64,000 nt of DNA from Escherichia coli (lineage in GTDB: Bacteria > Pseudomonadota > Gammaproteobacteria > Enterobacterales > Enterobacteriaceae). The translations under genes were made by a program, and so were the position numbers. Positions 9,941-21,504 of this stretch are shown piece by piece. The DNA is taken from the NCBI RefSeq assembly GCF_009931435.1, contig NZ_CP043414.1; one strand, written 5' to 3'. Every line of letters starts with the position of its first letter. Within the stretch, counting starts at the first letter, position 1. The notes beneath the pieces are model-generated. The model saw only the letters and a list, made by a program, of their open reading frames with translations. It did not search any database and was not told where the DNA came from.

Positions 9941-11071
9941 TTAGCGAGTCAGGTCGTCGAAAAACTTCTTCACACCATCAAAGAAGCTCTTTGAGCGCGG
10001 GCTGTTGTGCTCGCCGGTTGGGCCACCGAAGCTTTCTTGCAGCTCTTGCAGCAGCTGTTTCTGCTTCTCGTTCAGGCCTACCGGTGTTTCGACGACAACG
10101 CGGCACAGCAAATCACCCTGTGCGCCACCGCGGACAGACTTGACGCCTTTACCGCGCATACGGAACAGCTTACCGGTCTGGGTTTCGCCAGGCACTTTCA
10201 GTTTGACGCGACCATCAAGAGTCGGTACTTCGATTTCGCCACCCAGCGCCGCCATAGCGAAGTTGATCGGGACTTCGCAATACAGGTTGTTGCCTTCACG
10301 CTCGAAAATCGGGTGCTGTTTAACCTGAACCTGAACGTACAGATCGCCTGCCGGTGCGCCATGCTCGCCCGCTTCACCTTCGCCCGCAAGACGGATGCGG
10401 TCTCCAGTGTCCACTCCTGCCGGGATTTTAACGGACAGCGTTTTGCTGCGCTCAACACGACCATGACCATGACATTTGTTGCACGGATCTTTGATCAGCG
10501 TACCGCGGCCCTGACAGTGTGGACAGGTCTGCTGTACAGCGAAGAAGCCCTGGCGCATCTGCACCTGACCAGAGCCATGACAGGTCGGACAGGTCTGCGG
10601 CTGTGTACCTGGTTTTGCACCGCTACCGTGGCAAACGTCACACTCTTCCAGAGTCGGAATGCGGATCTCTTTGGTCACGCCACGTACAGCTTCTTCGAGG
10701 GTGAGCTCCATGTTATAGCGTAAATCAGCACCGCGCGCCGCACGTTGACGACCACGTCCGCCGCCAAAAATATCGCCGAAAACGTCACCAAAAATATCGC
10801 TGAAGTCTGCGCCGCCGCCAAAACCGCCGCCGCCCATGCCGCCTTGCTCAAACGCAGCATGACCATACTGATCGTATGCCGCACGTTTTTGCGAGTCGGT
10901 CAGAACTTCATAAGCTTCCTTGATCTCTTTAAATTTCGCCTCGGCCTCTTTGTCACCCTGGTTACGGTCCGGGTGGTATTTCATGGCCAGGCGTTTGTAG
11001 GCCTTTTTGATTTCACGCTCTTCCGCTGTTTTGGAAACGCCTAAAATCTCGTAATAATCTTGCTTAGCCAT
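9941..11071 (-). CDS. dnaJ: Hsp40 co-chaperone DnaJ
   Basis: [38 protein letters not shown]-domain, Gly/Phe-rich region, four CxxCxGxG zinc-finger repeats; 376 aa. Confidence 0.97.
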
Positions 11072-11159
11072 CTTTTTTAAATTGCCCCTAGATGAATGCA
11101 CGGGCGGAGAGGAAATTCCCCTTCGCCCGTGTCAGTATAATTACCCGTTTATAGGGCGA

Positions 11160-13076
11160 TTATTTTTTGTCTTTGACTTCTTCAAATTCAGCGTCGACAA
11201 CATCGTCATCTTTCGCGTTGTTTGCAGAAGCATCAGCACCGGCAGTCTGCTGCTGGGCATGTTGCTGCTGGGCGATTTCCATCAGTTTCTGGGAAACCTG
11301 TGCCAGTTCCTGCATTTTCGCTTCGATAGCGGCTTTGTCTTCACCTTTCAGAGCAGTTTCCAGTGCAGTCAGCGCAGACTCGATAGCAGTTTTGTCGTCA
11401 GCCGGCAGTTTGTCGCCTGCTTCTTCAACCTGCTTACGGGTGCTGTGCAGCAGATGGTCGCCCTGGTTGCGAGTCTGTACCAGCTCTTCAAACTTACGGT
11501 CAGCTTCGGCGTTAGCTTCTGCGTCGCGTACCATTTTCTGGATTTCATCTTCGTTCAGACCAGAAGAAGCCTTGATGGTGATCTTCTGCTCTTTACCGCT
11601 GTTTTTATCTTTCGCGGAAACGTGCAGGATACCGTCAGCATCGATATCGAAGGTAACTTCGATCTGCGGCATACCGCGCGGTGCCGGGTTGATACCATCC
11701 AGGTTGAACTGACCCAGAGATTTGTTATCAGCTGCACGTTTACGTTCACCCTGCAGCACGTGGATGGTTACCGCAGACTGGTTATCTTCAGCGGTAGAGA
11801 ACACCTGGCTGTGCTTGGTCGGGATAGTGGTGTTTTTCGCGATCAGCGTCGTCATCACACCGCCCATGGTTTCGATACCCAGAGACAGCGGGGTAACGTC
11901 CAGCAGCAGTACGTCTTTTACGTCACCAGTCAGAACACCACCCTGAACAGCAGCGCCGATTGCTACAGCTTCGTCCGGGTTAACGTCTTTACGCGGCTCT
12001 TTACCAAAGAATTCAGCAACTTTCTTCTGAACCATTGGCATACGAGTCTGACCACCCACGAGGATAACGTCGTCGATATCAGATACGGACAGGCCAGCGT
12101 CCTGCAGTGCAACTTTCAGCGGCTCAATGGAACGGTTTACCAGGTCTTCAACCAGGCTTTCCAGTTTCGCACGAGTCACTTTGATGTTCATGTGTTTCGG
12201 ACCGGTCGCGTCTGCAGTGATATACGGCAGGTTAACGTCGGTCTGCTGAGCGGAAGAAAGTTCGATTTTCGCTTTTTCTGCCGCTTCTTTCAGGCGCTGC
12301 ATTGCCAGCGGATCGTTGCGCAGGTCAATGCCCTGATCTTTCTTGAATTCTTCAACCAGATAGTTAATCAGACGGCTGTCGAAGTCTTCACCACCCAGGT
12401 GGGTATCACCGTTGGTTGCCAGAACTTCGAAGGTTTTTTCGCCGTCAACTTCGTCGATTTCGATAATAGAAATATCGAAAGTACCACCACCCAGGTCATA
12501 AACCGCGATAGTACGGTTGCCAGTACCTTTGTCCAGACCATAAGCCAGCGCAGCTGCGGTCGGTTCGTTGATGATACGTTTTACTTCCAGACCAGCGATA
12601 CGGCCTGCGTCTTTGGTTGCCTGACGCTGAGCATCGTTAAAGTATGCCGGTACGGTAATAACAGCTTCAGTTACCGGTTCGCCCAGGTAATCTTCCGCGG
12701 TTTTCTTCATTTTTTTCAGCACTTCAGCAGAAATCTGCGGCGGTGCCATTTTTTGGCCTTTAACTTCGACCCAAGCGTCGCCGTTATCAGCAGCAATAAT
12801 TTTGAACGGCATGATGGAAACATCACGCTGTACTTCTTCGTCCTGGAAGCGGCGGCCAATCAGGCGTTTAATCGCAAACAGGGTGTTTTGCGGGTTCGTC
12901 ACTGCCTGACGTTTAGCCGGCTGACCAACCAGAGTTTCACCATCCTGGGTATAGGCAATGATAGAAGGCGTGGTGCGATCGCCTTCGGCGTTCTCCAGCA
13001 CTCGCGGAGTGGTGCCATCCATAATCGCTACACAAGAGTTGGTAGTACCCAGGTCGATACCAATTATTTTACCCAT
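11160..13076 (-). CDS. dnaK: Hsp70 chaperone DnaK
   Basis: [21 protein letters not shown] ... EEVKDKK; 638 aa. Confidence 0.98.
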
Positions 13077-13119
13077 CTAAACGTCTCCACTATATATTCG
13101 GTCATCATGTGGTTGTGAG

Positions 13120-13230
13120 TCTGTAATAGGGGCGAAACGTCTGGTTTCAACTGCCCAATTTCATTTTTTTGCAGACTCACTCACTGCGGTTGACTACTAA
13201 ATGGGGTCGTAACCCACGTCATCAAGGGGG
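13120..13230 (-). promoter_or_regulatory. dnaK sigma-32 heat-shock promoters P1/P2
   Basis: Minus-strand CTTGATG...CCCCATTTA and TTGAAAC...CCCCTATTA elements matching sigma-32 -35/-10 consensus upstream of dnaK. Confidence 0.7.
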
Positions 13231-13451
13231 AGATGCAAAAATTTTTTGTGCTTTTGCGCAGAAATTTCGCGATATGCCAGAACAAGACACGAAACTGACA
13301 GCAATTTTATTCATATAAAGAATGAATGGCAGCCAAGACATTCATAGAAAAATTGTAATAAAAAGAAAATATTACGTACCTGAATCTTCTCTTTATCAGC
13401 AGTAAACTAGTGGGTATTCATCCCCTACCTCTCCCCACTAAGAGAATACTT

Positions 13452-13856
13452 ATGAAATCCGTTTTTACGCTTTCCGCCAGCCTGGCAATTAGCCTGTTGC
13501 TTTGCTGCACAGCGCAGGCAAACGACCATAAAATCCTCGGCGTCATTGCCATGCCGCGTAACGAAACCAACGATCTGGCGCTGAAACTTCCTGTTTGTCG
13601 CATTGTTAAACGCATTCAACTCACTGCCGACCATGGCGATTTACAGTTAAGTGGTGCATCGGTTTATTTCAAAGCCGCCCGTAGCGCCAGTCAGAGCCTG
13701 AATATTCCTTCAGAAATAAAAGAAGGGCAAACCACTGACTGGATCAACATTAACAGCGATAACGACAATAAACGCTGCGTCTCAAAAATCACCTTTTCCG
13801 GCCATACGGTGAACTCATCGGATATGGCCACGCTGAAAATTATCGGCGACGACTAA
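13452..13856 (+). CDS. yaaI: DUF2541 periplasmic protein YaaI
   Basis: 134 aa with signal peptide [23 protein letters not shown]; conserved position next to dnaK. Confidence 0.85.
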   Translation: MKSVFTLSASLAISLLLCCTAQANDHKILGVIAMPRNETNDLALKLPVCRIVKRIQLTADHGDLQLSGASVYFKAARSASQSLNIPSEIKEGQTTDWININSDNDNKRCVSKITFSGHTVNSSDMATLKIIGDD

Positions 13857-13881
13857 CGCCAGAATATAGAAGCCACAAAAA

Positions 13882-14595
13882 ATGAATGTTAATTACCTGA
13901 ATGATTCAGATCTGGATTTTCTCCAGCATTGTAGTGAGGAACAATTGGCAAATTTCGCCCGGCTGCTCACCCATAATGAAAAAGGCAAAACTCGCCTCTC
14001 CAGCGTACTGATGCGCAACGAACTGTTTAAATCGATGGAAGGACATCCCGAGCAACATCGCCGCAACTGGCAGCTGATTGCCGGAGAATTACAGCATTTT
14101 GGTGGCGATAGTATCGCCAACAAACTGCGTGGACACGGTAAATTGTATCGGGCCATTTTGCTCGATGTTTCAAAACGATTGAAGCTGAAAGCCGACAAAG
14201 AGATGTCTACGTTTGAAATTGAGCAACAGTTACTGGAACAATTTCTGCGTAATACCTGGAAGAAAATGGACGAGGAACATAAGCAGGAGTTTCTGCACGC
14301 GGTCGATGCCAGGGTGAATGAGCTGGAAGAGCTGCTGCCGCTGCTGATGAAAGACAAATTATTGGCAAAAGGCGTGTCGCATTTGCTTTCCAGCCAATTG
14401 ACCCGCATTTTACGCACCCACGCAGCAATGAGCGTACTTGGGCATGGTTTGCTGCGCGGCGCGGGGCTGGGAGGCCCTGTAGGCGCGGCACTAAATGGGG
14501 TTAAAGCGGTCAGCGGCAGCGCCTATCGCGTGACGATTCCAGCCGTACTGCAAATCGCCTGCCTGCGCCGGATGGTTAGTGCCACTCAGGTCTGA
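13882..14595 (+). CDS. yaaW: UPF0174 protein YaaW
   Basis: 237-aa ORF in conserved position between yaaI and satP. Confidence 0.85.
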   Translation: MNVNYLNDSDLDFLQHCSEEQLANFARLLTHNEKGKTRLSSVLMRNELFKSMEGHPEQHRRNWQLIAGELQHFGGDSIANKLRGHGKLYRAILLDVSKRLKLKADKEMSTFEIEQQLLEQFLRNTWKKMDEEHKQEFLHAVDARVNELEELLPLLMKDKLLAKGVSHLLSSQLTRILRTHAAMSVLGHGLLRGAGLGGPVGAALNGVKAVSGSAYRVTIPAVLQIACLRRMVSATQV

Positions 14596-14743
14596 TACCG
14601 GAAACCGGGGAAAATTTTCATTTTCCCTTCAAAAGATCGTAGACACTGCCCCACTGGCTGATTATTATGCCGCGCCCTGAAAACACTACAGTTATTCAGG
14701 GAAATTATTTCACCATTCATTCGATGATGATTTTTGAGGAATT

Positions 14744-15310
14744 ATGGGCAACACTAAGTTGGCTAATCCGGCACCGCTGGGCCTGATGGGCTTCGGCATG
14801 ACCACCATTCTGCTTAACCTGCACAACGTGGGTTATTTCGCTCTTGACGGTATTATTCTTGCAATGGGCATTTTCTACGGCGGCATCGCGCAAATTTTTG
14901 CTGGTCTGCTGGAGTACAAAAAAGGCAATACTTTCGGTTTAACCGCATTCACCTCTTACGGTTCTTTCTGGCTGACGCTGGTTGCGATTCTGCTGATGCC
15001 GAAACTGGGTCTGACCGATGCGCCAAATGCACAGTTCCTTGGTGTCTACCTTGGTCTGTGGGGCGTATTTACGCTGTTTATGTTCTTCGGCACGCTGAAA
15101 GGCGCACGCGTTCTGCAATTCGTTTTCTTTAGCCTGACCGTGCTGTTTGCCCTGCTGGCGATCGGTAACATTGTCGGTAATGCCGCGATCATCCACTTTG
15201 CCGGCTGGATTGGTCTGATCTGCGGTGCCAGCGCAATCTATCTGGCGATGGGTGAAGTACTGAACGAGCAGTTTGGTCGCACCGTTCTGCCGATTGGTGA
15301 ATCCCACTAA
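14744..15310 (+). CDS. satP: acetate/succinate:H+ symporter SatP (YaaH)
   Basis: 188-aa six-TM protein MGNTKLANPAPLGLMGFGMTTILLNLHNVGYF. Confidence 0.93.
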   Translation: MGNTKLANPAPLGLMGFGMTTILLNLHNVGYFALDGIILAMGIFYGGIAQIFAGLLEYKKGNTFGLTAFTSYGSFWLTLVAILLMPKLGLTDAPNAQFLGVYLGLWGVFTLFMFFGTLKGARVLQFVFFSLTVLFALLAIGNIVGNAAIIHFAGWIGLICGASAIYLAMGEVLNEQFGRTVLPIGESH

Positions 15311-15320
15311 TTGTTTTGAG

Positions 15321-15347
15321 ATCCCCCCGCTCGGGGGGATTTTTTTA
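15321..15347 (+). terminator. satP rho-independent terminator (overlaps mog stop)
   Basis: atccccccgc-tcggggggat hairpin followed by a T7 run. Confidence 0.7.
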
Positions 15348-15932
15348 TTCGCTAACTTCGCGTCTTGCACTCTTCGGTCTGAATGCTGCAACTACTTCCG
15401 GTGCCGTTTCAACGTATGGCCCTTCCAGCAACTGAATGCAGTACGGTACGCTGGCAAAAATACCGTGTACCACAACGTTACCCTCTGCATCCTTCACCCC
15501 TTCCAGCGTCTCTTTAATAGACTTCGGCTGACCGGGTAAGTTAAGGATTAGTGCTTGTTTGCGAATCACGCCCACCTGGCGCGAAAGGATCGCGGTTGGA
15601 ACAAAATGCAGGCTAATTTGGCGCATCTGTTCACCAAAGCCCGGCATCTCGCGGTCCGCTACTGCCAGCGTCGCATCGGGCGTTACGTCACGACGCGCCG
15701 GGCCAGTTCCGCCCGTGGTGAGCACCAGATGGCAACTCATTTCATCCACCAGCTCACACAACGTTTGCTCGATGATCGCCTGCTCATCGGGGATTAAGCG
15801 GGTTTCCAGTTCAAACGGCGTGGTTAGCGCCGATGTCAGCCATTCTTCCAGCGCTGGGATGCCTTTATCCTGATAAACGCCGCTGGATGCGCGATCAGAG
15901 ATGGAAACTAAGCCAATACGTAAAGTATTCAT
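15345..15932 (-). CDS. mog: molybdopterin adenylyltransferase Mog
   Basis: 195 aa MNTLRIGLVSISDRASSGVYQDKGIPALEEW. Confidence 0.95.
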   Translation of the reverse strand: MNTLRIGLVSISDRASSGVYQDKGIPALEEWLTSALTTPFELETRLIPDEQAIIEQTLCELVDEMSCHLVLTTGGTGPARRDVTPDATLAVADREMPGFGEQMRQISLHFVPTAILSRQVGVIRKQALILNLPGQPKSIKETLEGVKDAEGNVVVHGIFASVPYCIQLLEGPYVETAPEVVAAFRPKSARREVSE

Positions 15933-16012
15933 CAAGATTTTTCCGTTTAAACAGTCTCGTTAAACAGAATGATACACTGCGAAGGGAGTGACAGACAGGC
16001 TTCAGAAGAGGT

Positions 16013-16038
16013 AGCGTGACCGACTTCCCGGTCACGCT
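16013..16038 (-). terminator. talB terminator hairpin
   Basis: agcgtgaccg-N6-cggtcacgct inverted repeat just after the talB stop. Confidence 0.5.
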
Positions 16039-16046
16039 AAGAATGA

Positions 16047-17000
16047 TTACAGCAGATCGCCAATCATTTTTTCCAGTTTTTCCTGGTCAACAGCAAACTT
16101 ACGGATACCTTCCGCCAGTTTATCTACTGCCATTGGATCCTGGTTGTGCTGCCACAGGAACTCGGACTCAGTGATACGCGCCGGACGCGCTTTCACTTCG
16201 CCGGTGTAAGACAGTTTACGCTCGATAGCCCCTTCGCTCTCAGCCAGCTCTTTCAGCAGTGCCGGTGCGATGGTCAGACGGTCGCAGCCTGCCAGTTCCA
16301 GAATTTCGCCGATGTTACGGAAGCTTGCGCCCATCACCACGGTTTCATAACCGTGCTCTTTGTAGTACTGGTAGATTTCAGATACAGAAACCACGCCCGG
16401 ATCTTCTGCCGGAGCGTACTCTTTCTTATCAGTATTCGCTTTGTACCAGTCAAGAATACGGCCAACAAATGGCGAGATCAGGAACACGCCTGCTTCCGCA
16501 CAAGCACGAGCCTGAGCGAAGGAGAACAGCAGGGTCAGGTTACAGTTGATACCTTCTTTTTCCAGCTGTTCTGCAGCACGGATACCCTGCCAGGTAGAAG
16601 CCAGTTTGATCAGAATACGATCGTTGCTAATACCTGCATCGTTGTAGAGTTTGATCAGGCGTTTTGCTTTCGCAATTGACGCTTCGGTGTCATAGGAAAG
16701 ACGCGCATCAACTTCAGTTGAGATACGGCCCGGAACCAGTTTCAGGATTTCCAGACCAATATTTACTGCCAGTTTGTCGGTCGCGTCCACGATCTGCTGC
16801 GCGCGATCGTTGCTCTGCTGTTTCGCCCAGGCGACAGCATCATCAATCAACTTACGATATTCCGGAATCTGCGCTGCGTTAAGAATGAGAGAAGGGTTGG
16901 TTGTGGCATCCTGCGGTTGATACAGCTTCATTGCCGCGATGTCCCCAGTGTCGGCCACTACGGTGGTGTACTGACGAAGGGAGGTCAATTTGTCCGTCAT
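16047..17000 (-). CDS. talB: transaldolase B
   Basis: 317 aa [60 protein letters not shown]. Confidence 0.97.
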
Positions 17001-17278
17001 GATAGTATTTCTCTTTAAACAGCTTGTTAGGGGGATGTAACCGGTCTGCCCTGATGATATCACGACGCAACGTCAGCGCAACCGCCGACAAGACGGTTAT
17101 CGCCAGGCGAGACTGTTTCAGATTTCTGACACTGCGTTGATATCGCCCGCCATTTTTATACAAAACCTCATGTATGCTACGCAGAAGTTATCAAGTACCT
17201 CGTAGCGTATATACTTCTTAAACAATTGGTAACGTTTACACAGGAAAGTCATCGCGACCGGCAATAAGAGGGATATGC

Positions 17279-18709
17279 ATGCCAGATTTTTTCTCCTTTA
17301 TTAACAGCGTCCTTTGGGGATCGGTAATGATTTACCTGCTCTTCGGCGCAGGTTGTTGGTTCACTTTTCGCACCGGATTTGTGCAGTTTCGCTACATCCG
17401 CCAGTTTGGCAAAAGTCTTAAAAATAGCATTCATCCACAGCCAGGCGGTTTAACCTCATTTCAGTCATTGTGTACCAGTCTTGCGGCGCGCGTGGGGAGT
17501 GGCAACCTGGCCGGCGTTGCACTGGCAATTACCGCCGGTGGACCTGGAGCCGTCTTCTGGATGTGGGTTGCCGCGTTTATTGGCATGGCGACTTCTTTTG
17601 CTGAATGCTCCCTCGCACAACTTTATAAAGAACGTGACGTCAGTGGGCAGTTTCGCGGCGGGCCAGCATGGTATATGGCGCGAGGACTGGGGATGCGCTG
17701 GATGGGCGTTCTGTTCGCCCTCTTTTTACTCATCGCCTACGGCATAATTTTCAGCGGAGTTCAGGCGAACGCCGTTGCCCGCGCTCTGAGTTTTTCTTTC
17801 GATTTCCCTCCGCTGGTGACAGGTATTATTCTCGCTGTCTTTGCTCTGCTGGCGATTACTCGCGGTCTTCATGGCGTCGCCCAGCTCATGCAGTGGTTTG
17901 TCCCGTTGATGGCGTTAATCTGGGTACTGACCAGTCTGGTGATTTGCGTAATGAATATCGGGCAACTTCCCCACGTCATTTGGTCTATTTTTGAGAGTGC
18001 TTTTGGCTGGCAGGAAGCGGCAGGCGGCGCGGCGGGATATACCTTAAGCCAGGCGATTACTAACGGTTTTCAGCGCAGTATGTTTTCCAATGAGGCGGGA
18101 ATGGGGTCGACGCCAAACGCGGCAGCGGCAGCTGCGTCCTGGCCTCCGCATCCCGCAGCGCAAGGGATTGTCCAGATGATTGGCATTTTTATCGACACCC
18201 TGGTCATCTGTACGGCAAGCGCCATGCTGATATTACTGGCGGGTAACGGCACAACCTACATGCCGCTGGAAGGTATTCAGCTTATCCAGAAGGCGATGCG
18301 GGTGCTAATGGGCTCCTGGGGTGCGGAGTTTGTTACCCTCGTGGTTATTCTGTTTGCCTTCAGCTCCATCGTTGCCAACTACATTTATGCCGAAAACAAT
18401 CTCTTCTTCTTACGCCTGAACAACCCTAAAGCGATCTGGTGTCTGCGAATCTGCACCTTCGCAACGGTCATCGGCGGCACCTTGCTAAGTCTTCCGCTGA
18501 TGTGGCAACTGGCAGATATCATAATGGCCTGCATGGCTATTACCAATTTGACCGCCATATTACTGCTCTCGCCTGTGGTTCATACCATTGCCAGTGATTA
18601 TCTACGCCAGCGTAAACTCGGCGTGCGCCCGGTGTTTGATCCGTTGCGTTATCCGGATATTGGTCGCCAGCTTTCTCCGGACGCGTGGGATGATGTTTCG
18701 CAGGAGTAA
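17279..18709 (+). CDS. yaaJ: alanine/sodium symporter family transporter YaaJ
   Basis: 476-aa polytopic membrane protein in conserved position between talB and yaaA. Confidence 0.9.
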   Translation: MPDFFSFINSVLWGSVMIYLLFGAGCWFTFRTGFVQFRYIRQFGKSLKNSIHPQPGGLTSFQSLCTSLAARVGSGNLAGVALAITAGGPGAVFWMWVAAFIGMATSFAECSLAQLYKERDVSGQFRGGPAWYMARGLGMRWMGVLFALFLLIAYGIIFSGVQANAVARALSFSFDFPPLVTGIILAVFALLAITRGLHGVAQLMQWFVPLMALIWVLTSLVICVMNIGQLPHVIWSIFESAFGWQEAAGGAAGYTLSQAITNGFQRSMFSNEAGMGSTPNAAAAAASWPPHPAAQGIVQMIGIFIDTLVICTASAMLILLAGNGTTYMPLEGIQLIQKAMRVLMGSWGAEFVTLVVILFAFSSIVANYIYAENNLFFLRLNNPKAIWCLRICTFATVIGGTLLSLPLMWQLADIIMACMAITNLTAILLLSPVVHTIASDYLRQRKLGVRPVFDPLRYPDIGRQLSPDAWDDVSQE

Positions 18710-18778
18710 TCACAACTATCGATCAACTCATTCTCTTTTTTTGCTAAAGTCGGCATAAATTTCCTGCAAGGACTGGAT

Positions 18779-19555
18779 ATGCTGATTCTTATTTCACCTG
18801 CGAAAACGCTCGATTACCAAAGCCCGTTGCCCACCACGCGCTATACGCTGCCGGAGCTGTTAGACAATTCCCAGCAGTTGATCCATGAAGCGCGGAAACT
18901 GACGCCTCCGCAGATTAGCACGCTGATGCGCATCAGCGACAAACTGGCGGGTATCAACGCCGCTCGCTTTCATGACTGGCAGCCAGATTTCACGCCAGAG
19001 AATGCCCGACAAGCGATTCTGGCATTTAAAGGTGATGTCTATACTGGCTTGCAGGCCGAAACCTTCAGCGAAGACGATTTCGATTTTGCCCAACAACATT
19101 TGCGAATGCTTTCCGGCTTGTATGGCGTACTGCGCCCGCTCGATTTAATGCAGCCTTATCGTCTGGAAATGGGGATCCGTCTTGAGAATGCCCGAGGGAA
19201 AGATCTGTATCAATTCTGGGGAGATATCATCACCAACAAGCTGAACGAGGCGCTCGCAGCACAAGGCGATAATGTGGTGATTAATCTGGCGTCAGATGAG
19301 TATTTTAAATCGGTGAAGCCGAAGAAATTGAATGCCGAGATTATCAAGCCAGTGTTCCTCGATGAGAAGAACGGCAAATTTAAGATAATCAGCTTCTACG
19401 CTAAGAAAGCACGCGGTCTGATGAGTCGTTTCATTATTGAAAATCGGCTGACCAAACCAGAGCAACTAACTGGCTTTAATAGCGAAGGTTACTTCTTTGA
19501 TGAAGCTTCCTCCAGTGATGGGGAACTGGTGTTTAAACGCTACGAGCAGCGTTAA
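18779..19555 (+). CDS. yaaA: peroxide stress protein YaaA (UPF0246)
   Basis: 258 aa [28 protein letters not shown]. Confidence 0.93.
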   Translation: MLILISPAKTLDYQSPLPTTRYTLPELLDNSQQLIHEARKLTPPQISTLMRISDKLAGINAARFHDWQPDFTPENARQAILAFKGDVYTGLQAETFSEDDFDFAQQHLRMLSGLYGVLRPLDLMQPYRLEMGIRLENARGKDLYQFWGDIITNKLNEALAAQGDNVVINLASDEYFKSVKPKKLNAEIIKPVFLDEKNGKFKIISFYAKKARGLMSRFIIENRLTKPEQLTGFNSEGYFFDEASSSDGELVFKRYEQR

Positions 19556-19568
19556 GTTTGCAGTAAAT

Positions 19569-19672
19569 GCCGGATGCGGCGTGAACGCCTTATCCGGCCT
19601 ACAAAAGCATGCAGATTCAATATATTGCAGAATTAACGTAGGCCTGATAAGACGCGCCAGCGTCGCATCAGG
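19569..19672. repeat. REP/BIME element (pair of inverted REP palindromes)
   Basis: gccggatgcggcgtgaacgccttatccggcctac and inverted copy gtaggcctgataagacgcgccagcgtcgcatcaggc. Confidence 0.85.
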
Positions 19673-19707
19673 CGCTGAATGCCGGATTGTTACCCGGCAT
19701 TTGTCAT

Positions 19708-20004
19708 TTAGCGGTGATGTTTGCCTGGACCATGACCGCCGTGATGATCATGAGGAGCTTTCTTATGGTGGCGCGGCGGTGGCGGCGGTCCGTGTGGGTG
19801 CCAGCGATTGCCTCGCCATTCATAATGTTGTTTCCACCAGCCGTGGTCGCGCCAGTGACCGCCATCCCAGTAATAGCCACGATTATCACGATCGCCTATC
19901 TGTAATTTTACTGACGGGACTAACGTAATTTCCGCAGCCTGTGCTGCCATGGGAGCGACCAGAACCAGGGAAAGTGCGAGTACGATAGATTGCATCTTTT
20001 TCAC
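19708..20004 (-). CDS. yaaX: His/Gly/Trp-rich secreted protein YaaX
   Basis: 98 aa [23 protein letters not shown]...[14 protein letters not shown]. Confidence 0.9.
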   Translation of the reverse strand: MKKMQSIVLALSLVLVAPMAAQAAEITLVPSVKLQIGDRDNRGYYWDGGHWRDHGWWKQHYEWRGNRWHPHGPPPPPRHHKKAPHDHHGGHGPGKHHR

Positions 20005-20217
20005 AGGTTACTCCTTTTATCATTGCCCGTTATGGGTCGATATCCGGAGATTACGCGATGAGAACGGCGGTTGTTATTCTCCGCAATCCTAATCTCTAAG
20101 TTACCGCATTTATTGAGAATTTCTCCTTTTTTCCTGTCGTTTTTCTCCATATTTTCTTCATAAAAAAGCCGGGCTGTATAAAAGCAAACCCGGCCTGATT
20201 GAGATAATGAATAGATG

Positions 20218-21504
20218 TTACTGATGATTCATCATCAATTTACGCAACGCAGCAAAATCGGCGGGCAGATTATGCGAAAGCAAGGGTAAATCAGCACGTT
20301 CTGCCAGCTCTTTTGGCAGATCCAATGTTTCACCGAGAATCGCTTCCACGCTCTCTTTAAATTTCGCCGGATGCGCGGTGCCGAGGAACAAGCCATATTC
20401 GCCTGGATGCAACTGGTCACGCAGCGCACGATAAGCTACGGCAGCGTGCGGCTCCGAGGTATAGCCCAGCGCTTTTAACTCACGCATTGTCTGTTGCGTG
20501 GTTTCATCATCTACGGCTGCATAACCCAGCTCTTTCAGTTGCCAGATTTTGCGGCGGAACAACTCTTCCACACGCGGCCAGTTGTTCGGTTGACTCACGT
20601 CCATCGCGTTGGATAACGTCGCCTGAGTCGCTTTAGGGGACCACTGCCCGTCGTGCAGGAAACGCGGCACTGTATCGTTCACGTTAGTGGCAGCGATAAA
20701 ACGCTTCACCGGCAGGCCAAGAGATTTCGCCAGCAGGCCCGCAGTCAAATCGCCGAAGTTACCGCTCGGCACCGAGACAACCAGCTGGTTGCGCGCTTCC
20801 TGCGGCAGCTGCGCAACAGCTTCAAAGTAGTAGCAAATCTGCGCCAGCAAACGGCTGATGTTAATGGAGTTAGCAGAGTTTAGCCCCAGCGCCACTTTCA
20901 GTTCTTCATCATCAAACGCCTGCTTCACCAGCGCCTGACAGGCATCGAAATCGCCGTCGATGGCAACAGTTTCAATATTGCCGCCCAATGTACAGAACAG
21001 TTTTTCTTGCAGTGGACTGATTTTGCCTCTTGGATAGAGGATAACCACTTTCACATTCGGTAAACCGTAGAAAGCATGAGCCACTGCCGCTCCAGTATCA
21101 CCGGAGGTCGCGGTCAGAATGGTCACTGGCTTATCGCCCGCAATATGGGTCAGCATTTGTGCCATAAAGCGACCGCCGAAATCTTTAAATGCCAGTGTTG
21201 GCCCATGAAACAATTCCAGACAACCGACATCGCTTTCAACATTGGCGACCGGAGCCGGGAAGGCAAACGCCGCGCGCACGCGCTCTTCCAGTATTTCCTG
21301 CGGGATCTCATCACCAATAAACGCCGAGAGGATCTTCGCACTGCGGGTGACAAAATCCAGCTTCAGCATCTCATCAATTTCAGTCAGGCTGAATTCCGGC
21401 AGGTCGTGCGGGAAAAACAGCCCCTGATTTTTGCCCAACCCCTGGGTTACGGCTTGCGCAAAGCTGACCTGCTCATTGTGATCTTTCAGATTGTAGAGTT
21501 TCAT
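20218..21504 (-). CDS. thrC: threonine synthase
   Basis: 428 aa MKLYNLKDHNEQVSFAQAVTQGLGKNQGLFFPHDLPEF. Confidence 0.98.
   Translation of the reverse strand: MKLYNLKDHNEQVSFAQAVTQGLGKNQGLFFPHDLPEFSLTEIDEMLKLDFVTRSAKILSAFIGDEIPQEILEERVRAAFAFPAPVANVESDVGCLELFHGPTLAFKDFGGRFMAQMLTHIAGDKPVTILTATSGDTGAAVAHAFYGLPNVKVVILYPRGKISPLQEKLFCTLGGNIETVAIDGDFDACQALVKQAFDDEELKVALGLNSANSINISRLLAQICYYFEAVAQLPQEARNQLVVSVPSGNFGDLTAGLLAKSLGLPVKRFIAATNVNDTVPRFLHDGQWSPKATQATLSNAMDVSQPNNWPRVEELFRRKIWQLKELGYAAVDDETTQQTMRELKALGYTSEPHAAVAYRALRDQLHPGEYGLFLGTAHPAKFKESVEAILGETLDLPKELAERADLPLLSHNLPADFAALRKLMMNHQ

Noticed and set aside
11082-13118. 678-aa ORF on the plus strand antisense to dnaK
   Set aside because: Fully overlaps the strongly supported dnaK gene; low-complexity translation with no recognisable motifs; typical antisense frame artefact of a GC-rich, highly expressed gene.
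19497-19928. 143-aa ORF spanning the yaaA 3' end, the REP element and yaaX
   Set aside because: Runs through a REP palindrome and overlaps two supported genes; no motif support.
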